From a virus (Duplodnaviria; Caudoviricetes), in IMG/VR virus record IMGVR_UViG_3300023179_000156, positions 1 to 51,141 of that record: a stretch of 51,141 nt of DNA; one strand, given 5' to 3'. Below the pieces are notes generated by a model. The model had not been told where the DNA came from. It worked only from the letters and a program-made list of their open reading frames with translations, and searched no databases. Of this stretch, positions 28,926 to 37,006 are shown one piece after another (position 1 is the stretch's first letter; each line of letters starts with the position of its first letter). Made by a program: the position numbers and the translations under genes.

Positions 28926-30572
28926 ATGGCAGAAAAGACGGCCAAACTGATTGGATCTGCGGGGTCTGGGAAGACTACGGAACTTCTGCAGGTCATGGAC
29001 GGTGCCAAGAACGCCCTCGGCGGTAGCCCGTTTGCGATCGGGTTCGCCAGTTTCACGCGGGCCGCCCGCGCCGAGGCAGTCGCTCGGGCCAGTGCCTCAT
29101 GGGGCGTCCCTCCGGAGGTGCTGGCCAAGGACGGGTGGTTCAAGACCTGCCACGGCGTCGCCCACCGGCAGTTGGCCGTGGCCAAGGGGCAACTGATCGA
29201 CGATACCAGGGCGAGCCAGACATGGCTGGCGGACGCCCTCAAGGTGGACATACGGACGATCATCGACGATGACAGCGGCTACGCCGTGTATGCCGGCGAC
29301 AGGGCGGCGGCCTCGGCCCTGAACTGCTGGGAAGTCAGCCGCGCCCGTATCGAGCCGCTCAAGAAGACCATTGAGCGTATGATGCGGTCTGGGCAGGACG
29401 TCCCGCCGTTTGCCCAGTGCAAGCAGTTCATCCAGCGGTACGAGCAGGCCAAGCGGCTGGAGGGCCGCTGCGACTTCAGCGACCTGCTGGCCCGCTACGC
29501 CGGCATCCACTTTGAGGCGGACGGGCTGTACGAGGTCGATCCGGAGGGCGAACTGCCCTGTGGGGTTCGGGCCTGGATCTTCGACGAGGCCCAGGACGCC
29601 TCGGCCCTTGTGGACCGCGTCTGCAAGCGGTTGGCGGACGGCCCTGACGTCAAGTGGGTCTACATCGCCGGGGACCCGTTCCAGGCCGTGTTTTCCTTTG
29701 GCGGCTCCGACGCCAGACACTTCCTGTCCTGGGAGGCGGACAAGACGCGGATCATGCCGAAGTCATACCGCTGCCCGGCGCCGATTCTGGCTCTCGGCGA
29801 GCGCTGCCTGCGGCAGATGCACGAAGGGTATTTCGACCGCGGGGTGGCCCCGGCAGACCATGACGGCAAGATTTCTCGGGCGGGCGGGCCGTCTGCGGTC
29901 GTTCCTAGCCTGGACCCCAAGCGCCCGACGCTGATTCTGGCCCGCTGCAACTTCACGCTTGATGACTGGGCGGAAGCCCTTCGCAAGCGAAAGATGCCGT
30001 TCGCCAAACTCAAATCCAAGGACAACACCGCCGCCCTGCGGGGCATCAAAGCCCTGTGGGACCTGGAGCATGGCGAGGCGGTGTCTGGCGGCGACTTTGC
30101 CTGCGCCATCCAGGAACTTCCGTCCCGCGGCAAGGACGGGACGCTCCTCGACCGCGGCACGAAGACCCTGTGGCAGAACGAACTCACGGTTCGCCGCTGG
30201 GACGTCGTGTTTCCGACCGACCTGGAAGACACCGGCATGACGCAGGCCATGATCGACCGGGTGAATGGCGGAACATGGGGGGATCTGGTGACCGGGGGGG
30301 ATCGCTGGCGGAACTCGGCCGTCAAATGGGGCGCCGAATTGGCGACACAGCCACAAATCAGGCTCGGCACAATTCATGCTGCAAAGGGCATGGAGGCCGA
30401 CGTTGTCGTAATGTCGACCACCACCACGCGACGGATCGACGAGGCCCAGCGGGCCGACCGGGAGCAGCACGACGAGGAGCGACGCATCGAGTACGTCGGC
30501 GTGACCAGGGCCAGACACGAACTGATTGTGTCCTCGGAGCCGGTGGATTACCGGATGAACCTGAAACTATGA
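28926..30572 (+). CDS. UvrD/Rep-like SF1 helicase
   Basis: 'GSAGSGKT', 'FTRAA', 'DEAQD', 'GDPFQ', 'SYRCP', 'TIHAAKGME', 'YVGVTRAR' motifs. Confidence 0.92.
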   Translation: MAEKTAKLIGSAGSGKTTELLQVMDGAKNALGGSPFAIGFASFTRAARAEAVARASASWGVPPEVLAKDGWFKTCHGVAHRQLAVAKGQLIDDTRASQTWLADALKVDIRTIIDDDSGYAVYAGDRAAASALNCWEVSRARIEPLKKTIERMMRSGQDVPPFAQCKQFIQRYEQAKRLEGRCDFSDLLARYAGIHFEADGLYEVDPEGELPCGVRAWIFDEAQDASALVDRVCKRLADGPDVKWVYIAGDPFQAVFSFGGSDARHFLSWEADKTRIMPKSYRCPAPILALGERCLRQMHEGYFDRGVAPADHDGKISRAGGPSAVVPSLDPKRPTLILARCNFTLDDWAEALRKRKMPFAKLKSKDNTAALRGIKALWDLEHGEAVSGGDFACAIQELPSRGKDGTLLDRGTKTLWQNELTVRRWDVVFPTDLEDTGMTQAMIDRVNGGTWGDLVTGGDRWRNSAVKWGAELATQPQIRLGTIHAAKGMEADVVVMSTTTTRRIDEAQRADREQHDEERRIEYVGVTRARHELIVSSEPVDYRMNLKL

Positions 30573-31024
30573 ACCTGCTTTTCGACACCTCGCCGGAAGA
30601 AGTTCCGGACCAGAAGAAAAAAAAGACCGCCCGCAAGAAGCCGGCCACGGAGCCGGCTCGGCCAGCGCAAGTCACGGAAATCAGGCCCGTTGAGATCATC
30701 GGCCGCTCGGACGGAGACTACACCTGCGACTGCGGGTCTACCTATTTTGACATCCTGGACGATTTTCGAGGGAAGTGGCTGATTGAGTGCTGCTTCTGCG
30801 GCTTCAAGATGGACGTTCTGGCCGTCAGGACGCTCAGGCCGGCTGTTCCAGAGTTTGTTTTCTTCGACGGTCGTCACTCCGGCATGACACTTGCACAAGT
30901 GTCAGAAACCGAACAAGGAATGGCATACATCAAGTGGTGTGCAGAAAAGCACAAGAGCGGATCGGTGAAAGAGGCTTGCAAGGAATGGCTTGTCTCTGTA
31001 GGCTACACGGCCACACAACGCTGA
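30569..31024 (+). CDS. Zn-finger-containing hypothetical protein
   Basis: CDCG and CCFC motifs; C-terminal 'FDGRHSG.TL..V......YIKW'. Confidence 0.6.
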   Translation: MNLLFDTSPEEVPDQKKKKTARKKPATEPARPAQVTEIRPVEIIGRSDGDYTCDCGSTYFDILDDFRGKWLIECCFCGFKMDVLAVRTLRPAVPEFVFFDGRHSGMTLAQVSETEQGMAYIKWCAEKHKSGSVKEACKEWLVSVGYTATQR

Positions 31025-31036
31025 ACGGAGTCAGCC

Positions 31037-31207
31037 ATGCTCGTAGTGACAAGGAAAGCGGGCGAGAAAGTCCTCATCCCAAGCAAGGGGATCGAGGTCG
31101 CCATCGTGAAAGTCCTGCCAAACGGATCGGTCCGCGTTGGCATCAAGGCGCCGGCAGAAGTCGGTGTCTACAGGGAAGAACTCCTGACGAGCAAGAAAAA
31201 TGCTTGA
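31037..31207 (+). CDS. csrA: Carbon storage regulator CsrA/RsmA homolog (56 aa, absent from ORF track)
   Basis: MLVVTRKAGEKVLIPSKGIEVAIVKVLPNGSVRVGIKAPAEVGVYREEL matches the CsrA pattern ML.L.R..GE....V.IGI.AP..V...R.E. Confidence 0.9.
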   Translation: MLVVTRKAGEKVLIPSKGIEVAIVKVLPNGSVRVGIKAPAEVGVYREELLTSKKNA

Positions 31208-31290
31208 CCTCTGGCTGAACGCGGCGGCTGTTCTGGCGCTGGCCGGCGCGGCGATCTATGTGACGATCCTCCCGTACACAACATGGTTCG

Positions 31291-31671
31291 ATGAATAAAA
31301 CCGAGAGACAACGGGCAATGCGGGCCATCGAGGGCTCGCCCGCAAGAGAGTCGATGATCCGATGGAACAAATCGCAGGCCGCCAAAGACGCATGGCGGCG
31401 GTACTACAACTCGGAGCATGGTCGCGAGAGGCATCTCGCCGCAAGAAGGAAAGGGACGCCGCAATATGAGAAGCGACACGCCTTGCGTGCAGAGTATCGC
31501 GCTGCCGCAGCAAACAACCGCCGCCGATGGTCCGCCGCTGACGAGCAGCGGCTGCGAGACTTCGTCGCCGCCGGAGAGAAAGAGGCGCGAATCGCCACCA
31601 TCCTCGGCCGGAGCCTGTCGGGGATCATGCACAAAAAGCGAAAGATGGGCCTCACGGTGGCGACCTGCTGA
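31291..31671 (+). CDS. Hypothetical protein with C-terminal HTH-like motif
   Basis: 'RRWSAADEQRL...IATILGRS'. Confidence 0.55.
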   Translation: MNKTERQRAMRAIEGSPARESMIRWNKSQAAKDAWRRYYNSEHGRERHLAARRKGTPQYEKRHALRAEYRAAAANNRRRWSAADEQRLRDFVAAGEKEARIATILGRSLSGIMHKKRKMGLTVATC

Positions 31672-31878
31672 CAAGAACCTTCCGTGCGACCTGGAGTACG
31701 TTGTCGTTGGCCAGTTTCTTGGCGACGGACTCTACAGAAACTTTGTCGGCTGGTTGAGGGACGGCGTCTGGTACGCCTACATACCGCACAACGAGCCGCA
31801 GCACGACTTCATGGCGGAAATGGGGGACGTCTGCGAGTTCGACTTCTGGATGCCTGTCAGCGACCCAGGGGATGAAAG

Positions 31879-32595
31879 ATGAACATCATCACCGGGGACT
31901 GCCTGGAAGTCATGCGGCGGCTGGCCGACGAAAGCGTCGACCTTATCCTGACCGACCCGCCCTACAACATCGGCGTCGACTACGGCGCAGGAAAGAAAGC
32001 CGACCTACGCGATGACTACGCCGAGTGGTGTCGCGAGTGGATCTCCCAGTGCCACCGGATCCTGTCGTCAACTGGGTCCCTATGGATCATCAGCGGCCAG
32101 GAGTACGGCGCCGAGATCGACCTGGGGATTCTGGCCGCCGGCTTCGCGATCAGGAACCGAATCACTTGGCACGAGACGTTCGGCGTCTATTGCCACAACA
32201 AGTTCGGACGCACGAGCCGGCCGATTTTCTACGCTGTCAAAGACCCCAAGAACTTCACGTTCAACAAGGATGCCGTGACCGTGCCGTCCGACCGCCAGAC
32301 CAAGTACGGCGACAAGCGCGCAGCAGCCGGCGGCAAGATCATGGGGGACGTTTGGACGATCAGTCGCGTGTGCGGGACTTTCAAAGAGCGAGTGAAGGGC
32401 GTCCCGACGCAACTTCCGTCCGAACTGGTGCGCCGCATCGTCGGCGTGTCGAGCAATCCCGGCGACACGGTCCTCGATATTTTCGCAGGCTCCGGCACGG
32501 TTTGTGCAGTTGCACAGGAAATGGGCCGGCATGGTGTCGGCATCGAACTCAATCCCGAATACGCGGAGATCGCACATGGACGCGGATCGGTCTGA
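31879..32595 (+). CDS. DNA amino-methyltransferase (N6A/N4C, beta class)
   Basis: DPPY motif before 'VLDIFAGSGT' SAM-binding motif. Confidence 0.92.
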   Translation: MNIITGDCLEVMRRLADESVDLILTDPPYNIGVDYGAGKKADLRDDYAEWCREWISQCHRILSSTGSLWIISGQEYGAEIDLGILAAGFAIRNRITWHETFGVYCHNKFGRTSRPIFYAVKDPKNFTFNKDAVTVPSDRQTKYGDKRAAAGGKIMGDVWTISRVCGTFKERVKGVPTQLPSELVRRIVGVSSNPGDTVLDIFAGSGTVCAVAQEMGRHGVGIELNPEYAEIAHGRGSV

Positions 32596-32794
32596 CTTCA
32601 GCGAAGAAGTGACGCTCGACAATGTCCTGCTCGCGATCGAGTCAACTCGCGGCGCTTTCGCGTTTGCGACCACGGCGATCGGCAAGGACAAGGGCGGGTC
32701 TGGCGTGGCGTTTGCCGGCAGGATGCTGGACGAGGCGCTTTCTGTCTTTCACGAGCAACTGGTTCAGTTCTTCAAAAAAAAGATGCAGGAGTAG
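32576..32794 (+). CDS. Hypothetical protein
   Basis: GGAG RBS; operon context. Confidence 0.5.
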   Translation: MDADRSDFSEEVTLDNVLLAIESTRGAFAFATTAIGKDKGGSGVAFAGRMLDEALSVFHEQLVQFFKKKMQE

Positions 32795-32799
32795 CACAG

Positions 32800-33000
32800 A
32801 TGCGCGCAACGCTGACGTTCCAGATCCCGGACGAAATCCAAGAGTTCAACGCCGCCATGGGCGGAGAGCAGTTGGCCGACCTGATGCGCCGCATTCAAGT
32901 TGCGTGCCAGGACGCCATTGATCACCCAGAGTCCGACGATGGCGAAATTCGCCTCGCCGAAGAGATCCTCGACGAAATCAGCGAGGCCGACATTGAGTGA
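32800..33000 (+). CDS. Hypothetical protein
   Basis: AGGAG RBS; acidic 66 aa. Confidence 0.6.
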   Translation: MRATLTFQIPDEIQEFNAAMGGEQLADLMRRIQVACQDAIDHPESDDGEIRLAEEILDEISEADIE

Positions 33001-33136
33001 GGACGCTAGCGATATTGGCTGTGTGCTTTCTGGCCGGAGTCGCCGTCGCGGCAGCGGTGTGCTGGAGCGAATCGCCGCCGAAGCCGGCCAGTTTTTTTGA
33101 ACCGCAACGCGGCGCAACATCCCAAAGTGACTGACC

Positions 33137-33517
33137 ATGCCGTGCAACAGTGACCATCTGCAATCGACGCGACTGGAGGTCGAGTGCAGCCGCATGTACC
33201 TCCTGCTCGATGAGTTGGACGGGAAAGGGCCTCCGGACCCGCAGTCTGGGGGCTGGGATGGCTACGACAAAAGGGCGTACAGCAAGCGGATAGATCGAGA
33301 ACTGGCCGACGAACTGACGGCGGAACTGTGCGAGCGAGTAAAGAAGATCAAAGACCTCACGAAACACTCGCTCGAACTGCAAGTGTGGGCCAGAGACCAC
33401 AGGATCGCCGACGCGAAGCGGAAGAAGCGAGAGGCTGCGGCGAAGCAGAAAGCAGCCGTTCGCAAGGAAGCGATGGCGAAGTTGACGCCGAAAGAGCGAA
33501 AGGCGCTGGGGTTGTGA
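33137..33517 (+). CDS. Hypothetical protein, paralog of 34924-35286
   Basis: Both start MPCNSDHLQ and end AKLTP.ERK.LGL. Confidence 0.8.
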   Translation: MPCNSDHLQSTRLEVECSRMYLLLDELDGKGPPDPQSGGWDGYDKRAYSKRIDRELADELTAELCERVKKIKDLTKHSLELQVWARDHRIADAKRKKREAAAKQKAAVRKEAMAKLTPKERKALGL

Positions 33518-33543
33518 GAACACGGCATCGCGGGAGAAGTGAA

Positions 33544-33813
33544 ATGGACGTTGTGACACGCATCAGCCGCTGGTTGGAAGAAGAGGACGCAGACGACGCA
33601 GGCAAGACGCTCCGCGACGCCCGCGAGGAGATTATCTCGCTGCGAGCGAAGGTCGCAGACTCAACGGAGTCTCTGATGAAGGCCATAAAAATCATCTCCG
33701 AAACTTCGCGCCGCGCTGGCTATTGCGAGGGAACGCTGATGATGATCCGCATCGGGCATCCCTGTCCTGAGTCGGCGGCTGCTGCGGCGCTTAAGGAAAT
33801 CGGTCGTGACTGA
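33544..33813 (+). CDS. Hypothetical protein
   Basis: GGAG RBS; 'MD.V.R...L..AR.EI..LR' phage small-protein pattern. Confidence 0.55.
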   Translation: MDVVTRISRWLEEEDADDAGKTLRDAREEIISLRAKVADSTESLMKAIKIISETSRRAGYCEGTLMMIRIGHPCPESAAAAALKEIGRD

Positions 33814-33979
33814 AGAATCGAAACCGTCGGCCGAGCAACTCAAGCCGCCGTCCTACTACCGCGACCCGAGGCCGACGTTGACCGACGAGGAGCGGGAGGC
33901 GATTGCCTACTACATCGGGACGGGCGGGCCGGATCGGGTGGACGCCGCGCTCCGCGACCTACTGGAGCGGTTGAACTGA
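33806..33979 (+). CDS. Hypothetical protein (LTDEEREAI...LRDLLERL), paralog of 34607-34834
   Basis: 57-aa ORF not in track; shared motifs with 34607 ORF. Confidence 0.65.
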   Translation: MTEESKPSAEQLKPPSYYRDPRPTLTDEEREAIAYYIGTGGPDRVDAALRDLLERLN

Positions 33980-34026
33980 GAATGCCAGCGATCAGCGGCT
34001 CCGTCCGCTGCATCGCGTGGTTCTGT
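33977..34026 (-). mobile_element. attC-like site A (short, degenerate R box)
   Basis: + strand AAT-6-GATCAGCGG...T CCGCTGCATC-5-GTT; two unpaired bases. Confidence 0.7.
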
Positions 34027-34043
34027 GATCGCAGGAGAGAGGC

Positions 34044-34274
34044 ATGAAATCTGTGTGCGGCAGGTGCGGGAGCGAAGGCGAAACCGGGTGGTACGCCTCG
34101 TCTAGGTCGATGCCGTACAGCGGCGAGACCGTTGTCGCGTGGGATCAGCAGCGGGGCATTCCAAGAGTGTTGAAGTGGGACAACGGAAAATGGTTGACGG
34201 CCAAGGGGAAGACGATTCGTTGCTGGAGAATCACGCATTGGTTTCCGGTGTCGGGGCCAGCGGGTTACGCATAG
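34044..34274 (+). CDS. Cassette gene, DUF551-like hypothetical protein
   Basis: 'W.....MP' and 'ITHWFP' motifs; between sites A and B. Confidence 0.6.
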   Translation: MKSVCGRCGSEGETGWYASSRSMPYSGETVVAWDQQRGIPRVLKWDNGKWLTAKGKTIRCWRITHWFPVSGPAGYA

Positions 34275-34276
34275 CC

Positions 34277-34367
34277 ACAGAACGCCCGCGATCACCAGCG
34301 GCGAGGAGAAGACGATGACTGAAACGAACGACACTGCCGAGCCGACTGGTGCATCAGGTGGTTCTCA
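34277..34367 (-). mobile_element. attC-like site B (contains RBS and ATG 34315)
   Basis: AAC-6-GATCACCAG CGGC...GCCG A CTGGTGCATC-5-GTT. Confidence 0.85.
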
Positions 34368-34566
34368 CCGGCTTGCGTTTGTTGCTGATGCCGCGAGGTT
34401 GGCTGCACTCATGTCCTGCCTACTGACTACTCAAGTGCGGTGGAACCTTGACAACTGGCGCACCCATTGGCCCTTTGCGTGGGTGAACGTCAGCGGCGTG
34501 ACGCAAGTTGAGGTGTATGTGCCGCCCAGAGGAATGGCAATCGTCCGGCTGAACTGGATGGAGTGA
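34315..34566 (+). CDS. Cassette gene, hypothetical protein starting inside site B
   Basis: AGGAG and ATG in loop; stop TGA within next R box. Confidence 0.6.
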   Translation: MTETNDTAEPTGASGGSHRLAFVADAARLAALMSCLLTTQVRWNLDNWRTHWPFAWVNVSGVTQVEVYVPPRGMAIVRLNWME

Positions 34567-34642
34567 GAACACGGAAGATCAACGGCGGCCACCGGAGGAC
34601 TCAACCATGACACATGACGTAGCAGGGCCGTCCGTTGCTCAC
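34564..34642 (-). mobile_element. attC-like site C (apparent 12-bp deletion in right arm)
   Basis: Nearly identical to site F but lacks ATCGGCTGGTTC. Confidence 0.75.
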
Positions 34643-34834
34643 AATACGTCAATGGCTGTGGCCAGACTGTCGGCGGCGAACACATGGCTACAGGAGGAAA
34701 TCAAGCGGCTGCGGCTGACCGACGCGGAGCGGGAGGCGATTGCGGATGCAGCCGGCAGGTACGTCGAAGGAATAACGCCGAAGGCAAAAGAGCACGCCTC
34801 CACGCTGCGCGGCCTGCTGGAACGGCTAGGCTGA
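34607..34834 (+). CDS. Cassette gene, hypothetical protein starting inside site C
   Basis: GGAGG and ATG in loop; 'LTDAEREAI...LRGLLERL'. Confidence 0.7.
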   Translation: MTHDVAGPSVAHNTSMAVARLSAANTWLQEEIKRLRLTDAEREAIADAAGRYVEGITPKAKEHASTLRGLLERLG

Positions 34835-34920
34835 GAACGCCAAAGATCAGCGGCTCCCGGCCACTGATTCACCAACTTGAACGGCGGATACCGGGAGTCC
34901 GCTGCATCGCGTGGTTCGCA
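34832..34920 (-). mobile_element. attC-like site D
   Basis: AAC-6-GATCAGCGG CTCCCGG...CCGGGAG T CCGCTGCATC-5-GTT. Confidence 0.88.
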
Positions 34921-34923
34921 AAT

Positions 34924-35286
34924 ATGCCGTGCAACTCTGACCACCTTCAGGCGACACACCTTGAGTCGGAGATGAGCAAGGTCGCGTGCCTTCTTGACGA
35001 GTTGAATGGAAAGAAGCGGATAAACCAAGACCACTGGCGCGGCTATCACCCTAGCGTCTACAGCCAGCGATTCAATGCAGACGAGATGACGGCCGAACTA
35101 TGCTCGCGCCTCCAGGGAATGGACGTTTCAAAATGCAGCCTTGAGATGCAGATTTGGTGGCGCGACCATCAGGCGGCAGACAAGGCGCGAGCCGAGAAAG
35201 CGATCAAGAAGGCCAAGACCGAGAAGCAGAAGAAAGCGGCACTTGCGAAACTTACTCCGCATGAGCGGAAACTGCTGGGGCTTTGA
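34924..35286 (+). CDS. Cassette gene, paralog of 33137-33517
   Basis: End-to-end similarity to the 33137 ORF. Confidence 0.8.
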   Translation: MPCNSDHLQATHLESEMSKVACLLDELNGKKRINQDHWRGYHPSVYSQRFNADEMTAELCSRLQGMDVSKCSLEMQIWWRDHQAADKARAEKAIKKAKTEKQKKAALAKLTPHERKLLGL

Positions 35287-35290
35287 CGTT

Positions 35291-35379
35291 TGCGAACACG
35301 GCAGATCAACGGCGGCCACCGGAGGATTCACCATGACGAAAGACGTAGCGGGGCCGTCCGTTGCATCGGCTGGTTCTGT
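35291..35379 (-). mobile_element. attC-like site E (RBS and ATG 35333 for a 28-aa peptide)
   Basis: AAC-6-GATCAACGG CGGCC...GGCCG T CCGTTGCATC-5-GTT. Confidence 0.88.
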
Positions 35380-35517
35380 AGAATGCGGACAATCCCCTCA
35401 AGGGGCTTGTAAATCCTGAATGGACAGGTCTTCGGGAGTTGATCGCCCGATGTTCCCGCCACACCTCTGTTGCTGCGGCACAAGTGCAATCGGGCGGGCC
35501 ATCGAACAGAGGAAATC

Positions 35518-35796
35518 ATGAGCGAGCCACGTTGGATACCAGTGACTGAACGCTTGCCCGAAGAGGAGCAGGACGTTCTTTTTGTTGTGGACGACGGCGT
35601 GAGGGTTGAAGGGCTGATGTTCTCTGGCTGGTACGAGAAGGGTAATTTCTGGGAACACGCACCGGATGGCGAGCAATACGCCAACAACATTGGAGGATAC
35701 GAAGGCGTTCACTTCTGGTCGCCAATACCAAGCCGGTCGGAACTGTTCAAAGACAAGCCGCCAAGGAACGGACGGCATCGGTGGGCGGAGAAGTGA
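35518..35796 (+). CDS. Cassette gene, DUF551-like hypothetical protein
   Basis: 'WIPVTERLPE...VLF' and 'V.FWSPIP' motifs. Confidence 0.7.
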   Translation: MSEPRWIPVTERLPEEEQDVLFVVDDGVRVEGLMFSGWYEKGNFWEHAPDGEQYANNIGGYEGVHFWSPIPSRSELFKDKPPRNGRHRWAEK

Positions 35797-35803
35797 CTTT
35801 CCT

Positions 35804-35892
35804 ACAGAACACGGAAGATCAACGGCGGCCACCGGAGGATTCACCATGACACATGACGTAGCAGGGCCGTCCGTTGCATCGGCTGGTTCTCT
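35804..35892 (-). mobile_element. attC-like site F (RBS and ATG 35846)
   Basis: Same architecture as site E, near-identical sequence. Confidence 0.88.
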
Positions 35893-36115
35893 ATCTACCG
35901 GCTGGATTGTTGAGACTCACAAGACGTGGAACGGCGAGCCGAACTGGTGGAGAAACGGACACGGGTGGATGAAGACCCTCCGTCAGGCGACGGTGTTCGT
36001 AAAAAAGAACTCCGCGATCAGTAAATGCGTTCAGTTGGGAAGCGGAGTTTGCACGGTGCGGGAAATCAGTTTTTCGACAGGGCGGGCCGTTTACCCGCCG
36101 TCGCGAACGGAATAG
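35846..36115 (+). CDS. Cassette gene, hypothetical protein starting inside site F
   Basis: MTHDVAGPSVASAGS N-terminus encoded by the site; stop overlaps next R box. Confidence 0.65.
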   Translation: MTHDVAGPSVASAGSLSTGWIVETHKTWNGEPNWWRNGHGWMKTLRQATVFVKKNSAISKCVQLGSGVCTVREISFSTGRAVYPPSRTE

Positions 36116-36204
36116 AGAACACGCGAGATGAGCGGCATCGCCACGGAGGACGATGATATGACGAAAGACGCTGCGGCGATGTCCGCTCCATCGGCTGGTT
36201 CTCT
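36114..36204 (-). mobile_element. attC-like site G (RBS and ATG 36158)
   Basis: AAC-6-GATGAGCGG CATCGCC...GGCGATG T CCGCTCCATC-5-GTT. Confidence 0.88.
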
Positions 36205-37003
36205 CCCGCTGGATCAGATCATCTGCGGGGATAACTGCGAAGTGATGCGACAGATGCCGAGCGAGTCGATTGACCTCGTGGTGACTTCACCGCCTTACGA
36301 CGACCTTCGCACCTACGGCGGCCACTCGTGGGACTTCTACGGGGTGGCGTGGAATCTCAAGCGGCTGCTGAAGCCGGGCGGGGTGATTGTGTGGGTGGTG
36401 AACGATGCGACGAAGGACGGGAGCGAGACTGGCAGCTCAATGCGGCAGGCGCTGCACTTCCAAGGGATCGGGCTGAACCTGCACGACACGATGATTTATC
36501 ACAGAACAGGACCATACCCGGACACGGTTAGGTATTGGGCTTCTTTTGAATACATGCTCATTCTGAGCAACGGGAAGCCGCGTTCAGTCAATCTGATTCG
36601 AGACAAAAAGAACGCGACCGGAGGAACAAAGGCGACAAGGCCGAAACTCAACCGCCAAAAGAATGGCGCGATGCCGGACTATCAAGGCAGGGAGCGGACT
36701 AGGCACGCTTTTGGTGTCAGGGAAAACGTCTGGAGGATTAACGCCGGAGGCGGTGTTAGCACGAAAGACGCAGTAGCGTTTCAGCATCCCGCGATCTTTC
36801 CAGAAGCCCTGGCCCGCGACCACATACTCTCGTGGAGCAACCCTGGCGACGTGGTGCTTGACCCGTTCAGCGGCAGCGGCACCACGGCGAAGATGGCCCG
36901 AGAGGCAGGGCGGCGGTTCATCGGGATCGAGGTGAATCCGGAGTACGTGGAGATCAGCAGGAAACGGCTGGCACAGCAGGCGCTGCCGATGGGCGTGGCG
37001 TAG
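36158..37003 (+). CDS. Cassette-borne DNA amino-methyltransferase (SPPY, beta class)
   Basis: 'TSPPY', 'HPAIFP', 'VLDPFSGSGTT' motifs. Confidence 0.92.
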   Translation: MTKDAAAMSAPSAGSLPLDQIICGDNCEVMRQMPSESIDLVVTSPPYDDLRTYGGHSWDFYGVAWNLKRLLKPGGVIVWVVNDATKDGSETGSSMRQALHFQGIGLNLHDTMIYHRTGPYPDTVRYWASFEYMLILSNGKPRSVNLIRDKKNATGGTKATRPKLNRQKNGAMPDYQGRERTRHAFGVRENVWRINAGGGVSTKDAVAFQHPAIFPEALARDHILSWSNPGDVVLDPFSGSGTTAKMAREAGRRFIGIEVNPEYVEISRKRLAQQALPMGVA

Positions 37004-37006
37004 TGG

